In this document: positions 22,408 to 25,629 of the stretch, piece by piece
How positions within the stretch are numbered: the first letter of the stretch is position 1
Layout: the number at the start of each line of letters is the position of its first letter
Assembly: GCA_040830145.1 (NCBI GenBank)
Contig: JBFOLQ010000318.1
Coordinates: 1-25,629 of the forward strand
Reading direction: 5' to 3'
Source of the DNA: Flavobacteriaceae bacterium
Lineage (GTDB): Bacteria > Bacteroidota > Bacteroidia > Flavobacteriales > Flavobacteriaceae
DNA: 25,629 bases
The notes under the pieces: model-generated
Databases searched by the model: none
The model's input: the letters and a program-made list of their open reading frames with translations, nothing else
What the model was told of the DNA's origin: nothing
Made by a program: the position numbers and the translations under genes

Positions 22408-23289
22408 ATGTCCCAAGAAAGGACCATTGCAGAGATTCAGAAAGGATTGTGGATGATTGTTCCCCACATGGCGGCCAAATATCTGAAGTACGCCGGCGAA
22501 ATCCTATCTCAAAAACCATCATTGATCAATAGCAAGGAAGTTCAAGGCGGTTTTGTTCGTGACGTGATAGATCCAGATGGTAATGTGGTGAACATTAACC
22601 AGGATGAGCTGCCTCGGGACAGTGTGGGCATCATACGCTGTGTAGGCCCTATGTTTAAGTATGGGGGCTGGCGACATTGGGGGAGTGATGAACTGGTAGC
22701 CTTTGCTAGGGAGTTTGACAACCATCCTCACATTGTGGGCCAGGTGTGGCAAGACGATTCCGGAGGGGGTGTCATAAGCTCGGTCCCACCGTATCATGAA
22801 TTTTTACGGACCAAGAAAAAACCCGTGGTAAGCTTGGTTGATACCTGTGGGTCTGCCAACTACTATAAGAACTGCGGCACGGACCATATTATGGCCGAGA
22901 ATGATATCAGCTGTATGGTCGGTAGTATTGGTGTCATGATCGTGCTGCATGATTACTCCAAAATGTTAGAGGAGTATGGCATTGTTGAACACATCATTAA
23001 TGCGGACCCCAGCGACCACAAAAACAAGGCGTTTGAATTGGCCCTAAAAGGGAAGTATAAGCTCATTAAGCAAGAATACCTAAACCCAGCGGCCATAAAG
23101 TTCCAGGAATATGTAAAGACCAATCGGCCCAATTTGAACCTGGACGTGGAGGGAATCATTTCAGGAAAAATGTTCTATGCCGAGGAGGCCATAAAAGAAG
23201 GGCTTATTGATAGTATAGGCAACCTTGAAGAGGCCATTGATAGAGTAAAGTTCCTTGCTTCGGCAAGATCTTTTATAGCGACCCCTTAA
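22408..23289 (+). CDS. S49 (SppA/ClpP-like) prohead maturation protease
   Basis: DSGGG, CGSANYY, VGSIGV, SDHKNK and GKMFYAEEAIKEGLIDSIG motifs. Directly upstream of the capsid gene. Confidence 0.9.
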   Translation: MSQERTIAEIQKGLWMIVPHMAAKYLKYAGEILSQKPSLINSKEVQGGFVRDVIDPDGNVVNINQDELPRDSVGIIRCVGPMFKYGGWRHWGSDELVAFAREFDNHPHIVGQVWQDDSGGGVISSVPPYHEFLRTKKKPVVSLVDTCGSANYYKNCGTDHIMAENDISCMVGSIGVMIVLHDYSKMLEEYGIVEHIINADPSDHKNKAFELALKGKYKLIKQEYLNPAAIKFQEYVKTNRPNLNLDVEGIISGKMFYAEEAIKEGLIDSIGNLEEAIDRVKFLASARSFIATP

Positions 23290-23315
23290 ATCAATTATTA
23301 ACTAAAAACACAAAG

Positions 23316-25502
23316 ATGAAAAAGTTGTTTTTAAAACTACTGCCCATAGTGGCGGTACTGTTCCCAGACTTAAAACTGGAGGAGGGAACCCAAAAATTAG
23401 AGCTGGACGAAGAGGCCAAGAAAAAGCTTGATGCCGAAGCTGGTCAAGATGGCTTTGCAGAGGCCTTCATGAAGTACTATAATGATGAGTACTTACAGAC
23501 CAATGCAGAGGCCAACGAAGCATTTTCCCAGTTTATGGAAGCCTTGAACCAAGATGGCCCAACAGTGGAAACTGCGGATGCCAATGCAGAGGACATTGAG
23601 GTAAATGACCCACAGGAGGTCCCAACAGCAGATGCCAAAACCTGGGCGCAAAAACTGAATGCGGTTGTTAAAAAGGCAGATGCGCTCTTAAAGACCAATG
23701 CCCAGTTGGCAGCTGATAATGAAAAGTTGAAGGTGCTACCAGAGGAGGACGAACCCGAGGCCGTTATAAAGATTAATACATCAAAACAGAACACTGTGCC
23801 ACATTCTAAAACACATTTATTCTCAAGCGGAAAGTCTTGGGATTCGTTGGATAGACCTTGGAACGAACGTGCCGCGAAGGCCAAGCCCGGACAGATTAAG
23901 GGCGCTACCGTTTGGAACAAGGTGAACATTGATAAGCTCAACGAGGACCTAGGGGCGTTTGCCCGTAGGAACCCCAGCGAAATAATGTCCCTGTTGATGG
24001 ACGGTTACTCTATCCCCAGTAACTGGAGAATTGTTAGTAACGTACAGGATGAGTTTGTGTTTGCAAGCATTGTTACTGGAGAAATAACCCAGGGCTTTAA
24101 AAGAGGATGGTTACCAAAGAACAACCAACGATTTGTACCCATCAAAAACAAGATATTTGATAAGCAAATTGATATTACTTGGGAACCCAGTGAACTAAAA
24201 TCTATTGAAAAGACCTGGTTGAACATGTTCTTCAACGAAGGTTCAACGCCTTATAAAATGAGTTTTGCGGGATATCTGTTGAATGAACTGCGCAAAAAAG
24301 CCCGTAAGGAAGATAAGATTACCATTTTTAAAGGGGTGCACTATGATAGTGCCTTGTTGCCCGAGGGTGTGCCTGGCGCTTTCATGAATTCAATGGACGG
24401 CTTTTTAAAGCTCATCTCAAAATATAGGGATGTGGCGTATAAGTCCCACTCCTTGGGCAAACCAACTGAGGAAAATATTTATGACTATGTGACCAACTGG
24501 GTAAAACAATTACCTTATGACTTTAGGATTCTACCGGGGTTGCGCCTAGGGCTATCAGGTGATTGGCACCGTGCCTATCACAATGCCCGTGAGGCCAAAA
24601 AGGGTACGAACACGGATTACGATGCCAATAATGTATCCGTAGACCAGTTTGAGAATATCAAATTCCAACCCTTAGAGCAAATCAACGGCAGTGATTTTAT
24701 GTATATCACCACTGACGATAATATAGGGTTGATGGTTGACGTGCCTGGGGAAGAAGATGTGTTTACCATTGAAAAGAGACGTAGGCTCATTGATGCCTTT
24801 GCCGACTATAAAATTGGGGTATACTTCAAGGCGCTAGGCGCAGCAGTTGACCCTAATGCGCCACTTGATTATGAAAACCAGATTTTCTTCAGTAATGATG
24901 TGGAAGTGGTCACCGATGTATATGTACCTGTGGCCTCTAATGATGCCACCCCTACAGTGGCCGACCATAGCGCATTGATCATAGGCGCCAATAACACGGC
25001 GGCGACCAATATTACCCAGTTAGATGACGTAGTGGCCGGTGAGTTCTATTATCTATATGGGAACAGTGATACCAATATTAGTACCGTGGTGAATGGCGCC
25101 AATATTGTGTTGGATGGTGCTGCAAATTTTGCGCTCAACAAAGGCAATCTGTTGGTGTTGATAGGGCTTGCCGATGGTAAGGTGATTGAATATTCCAGAA
25201 CCTTGGCCGGCGAAACCCCTGAACCAATTAAAGTACAATTGGCGGCTGATGCTACTGTGGCAGATGCCGCAGAGGGCACTTGGTTTGTAACCCAAGATAA
25301 TACCGCTGCCACGGCCATTACCACTATTGACAACGCCCTTGAAGGTGAAGTGTATACCATTGAAGGTGTAAGCGATGCCAACAGTACCACTATTGCGAAT
25401 GGAGGTAATTTCTTGTTGACGGCTGATTTTACGGCCAGTGATGGCGCGTACTTAAAAGTGCGATATAACGGCAGCAAGTTCGTAGAGACCAAACGCGGAT
25501 AA
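23316..25502 (+). CDS. Major capsid protein with an N-terminal scaffold-like region and two C-terminal repeat domains
   Basis: Follows the S49 protease. Acidic/coiled N-terminal region of about 150 aa, a capsid-sized core, and two NT.AT.IT..D-containing repeats at the C-terminus. Confidence 0.75.
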   Translation: MKKLFLKLLPIVAVLFPDLKLEEGTQKLELDEEAKKKLDAEAGQDGFAEAFMKYYNDEYLQTNAEANEAFSQFMEALNQDGPTVETADANAEDIEVNDPQEVPTADAKTWAQKLNAVVKKADALLKTNAQLAADNEKLKVLPEEDEPEAVIKINTSKQNTVPHSKTHLFSSGKSWDSLDRPWNERAAKAKPGQIKGATVWNKVNIDKLNEDLGAFARRNPSEIMSLLMDGYSIPSNWRIVSNVQDEFVFASIVTGEITQGFKRGWLPKNNQRFVPIKNKIFDKQIDITWEPSELKSIEKTWLNMFFNEGSTPYKMSFAGYLLNELRKKARKEDKITIFKGVHYDSALLPEGVPGAFMNSMDGFLKLISKYRDVAYKSHSLGKPTEENIYDYVTNWVKQLPYDFRILPGLRLGLSGDWHRAYHNAREAKKGTNTDYDANNVSVDQFENIKFQPLEQINGSDFMYITTDDNIGLMVDVPGEEDVFTIEKRRRLIDAFADYKIGVYFKALGAAVDPNAPLDYENQIFFSNDVEVVTDVYVPVASNDATPTVADHSALIIGANNTAATNITQLDDVVAGEFYYLYGNSDTNISTVVNGANIVLDGAANFALNKGNLLVLIGLADGKVIEYSRTLAGETPEPIKVQLAADATVADAAEGTWFVTQDNTAATAITTIDNALEGEVYTIEGVSDANSTTIANGGNFLLTADFTASDGAYLKVRYNGSKFVETKRG

Positions 25503-25507
25503 TAAAT

Positions 25508-25559
25508 GCCCGGCCTTCCCCGGGATTTTCCCGGGGGATAGGCGGGTAAAAGTTTTACC
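25508..25559 (+). other. GC-rich hairpin plus an adjacent palindrome after the capsid gene
   Basis: CCCCGGG-atttt-CCCGGGG inside GCCT/AGGC arms, then GGTAAAA-g-TTTTACC. No U-tract directly after the stem. Confidence 0.5.
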
Positions 25560-25570
25560 TTAAAAAAAAA

Positions 25571-25629
25571 ATGATGACATACATTAAAACAAGTATCATA
25601 AAGAAAGGAAAGGGAGCCGCGGAAACCAA
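25571..25629 (+). CDS. 5' part of the next structural gene (MMTYIKTSIIKKGKGAAET...), truncated by the window edge
   Basis: ATG after an A-rich tract, open to the end of the window. Confidence 0.55.
   Translation, partial: MMTYIKTSIIKKGKGAAET

Larger units (their letters stand above)
1..25629. mobile_element. Temperate prophage of Bacteroidota (left part; continues beyond the window)
   Basis: att-like end, divergent cI/cro pair, primase-helicase, methyltransferases, lysis cassette, S49 protease plus capsid gene, and dense ATGA/TAATG gene coupling. Confidence 0.93.

Noticed and set aside
23316-23375. Hydrophobic capsid N-terminus as a signal peptide
   Set aside because: Short, Pro-interrupted h-region with no AxA/Q cleavage site or lipobox; more likely part of the scaffold region.
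1-25629. Integrase, terminase, portal, tape measure, and known defence systems
   Set aside because: No ORF in the window shows their motifs; they are expected downstream.

Overview
This window is the left part of an integrated temperate prophage of a Bacteroidota host, most likely Flavobacteriaceae. The host call rests on TTG-N20-TAnnTTTG promoters, Q-rule signal peptides and LxSC lipoproteins. Bases 1-20 are a displaced tRNA 3' end (att-like). Gene order left to right: (1) a lipopeptide / 4-TM protein / small helical protein cassette converging on a CI-like repressor; (2) a divergent early operon with a Cro-like gene, a Zn-finger/TOPRIM/SF3 primase-helicase, an SNF2-helicase/DNA-methyltransferase fusion, a second MTase-like gene and many small coupled ORFs; (3) a structured RNA leader and an iteron-like origin; (4) a late operon with tail/adhesin-like genes, two signal-peptide-bearing proteins (one a PL1 pectate-lyase-like enzyme) and a lysis cassette (holin-like, TM-PAS protein, DUF5675-like endolysin, u-spanin); (5) a reverse-strand 3-gene insert; (6) a candidate late activator, an S49 prohead protease and the major capsid protein. 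No integrase, terminase, portal or tape measure gene lies in the window. The strongest novelty candidates are the TM-PAS protein in the lysis cassette, the unannotated repeat-bearing lipopeptide cassette next to the repressor, the pseudoknot/antisense-type RNA leader, the exported late proteins, and a twice-repeated late promoter motif. All family assignments come from motif recognition by eye and need HMM confirmation.
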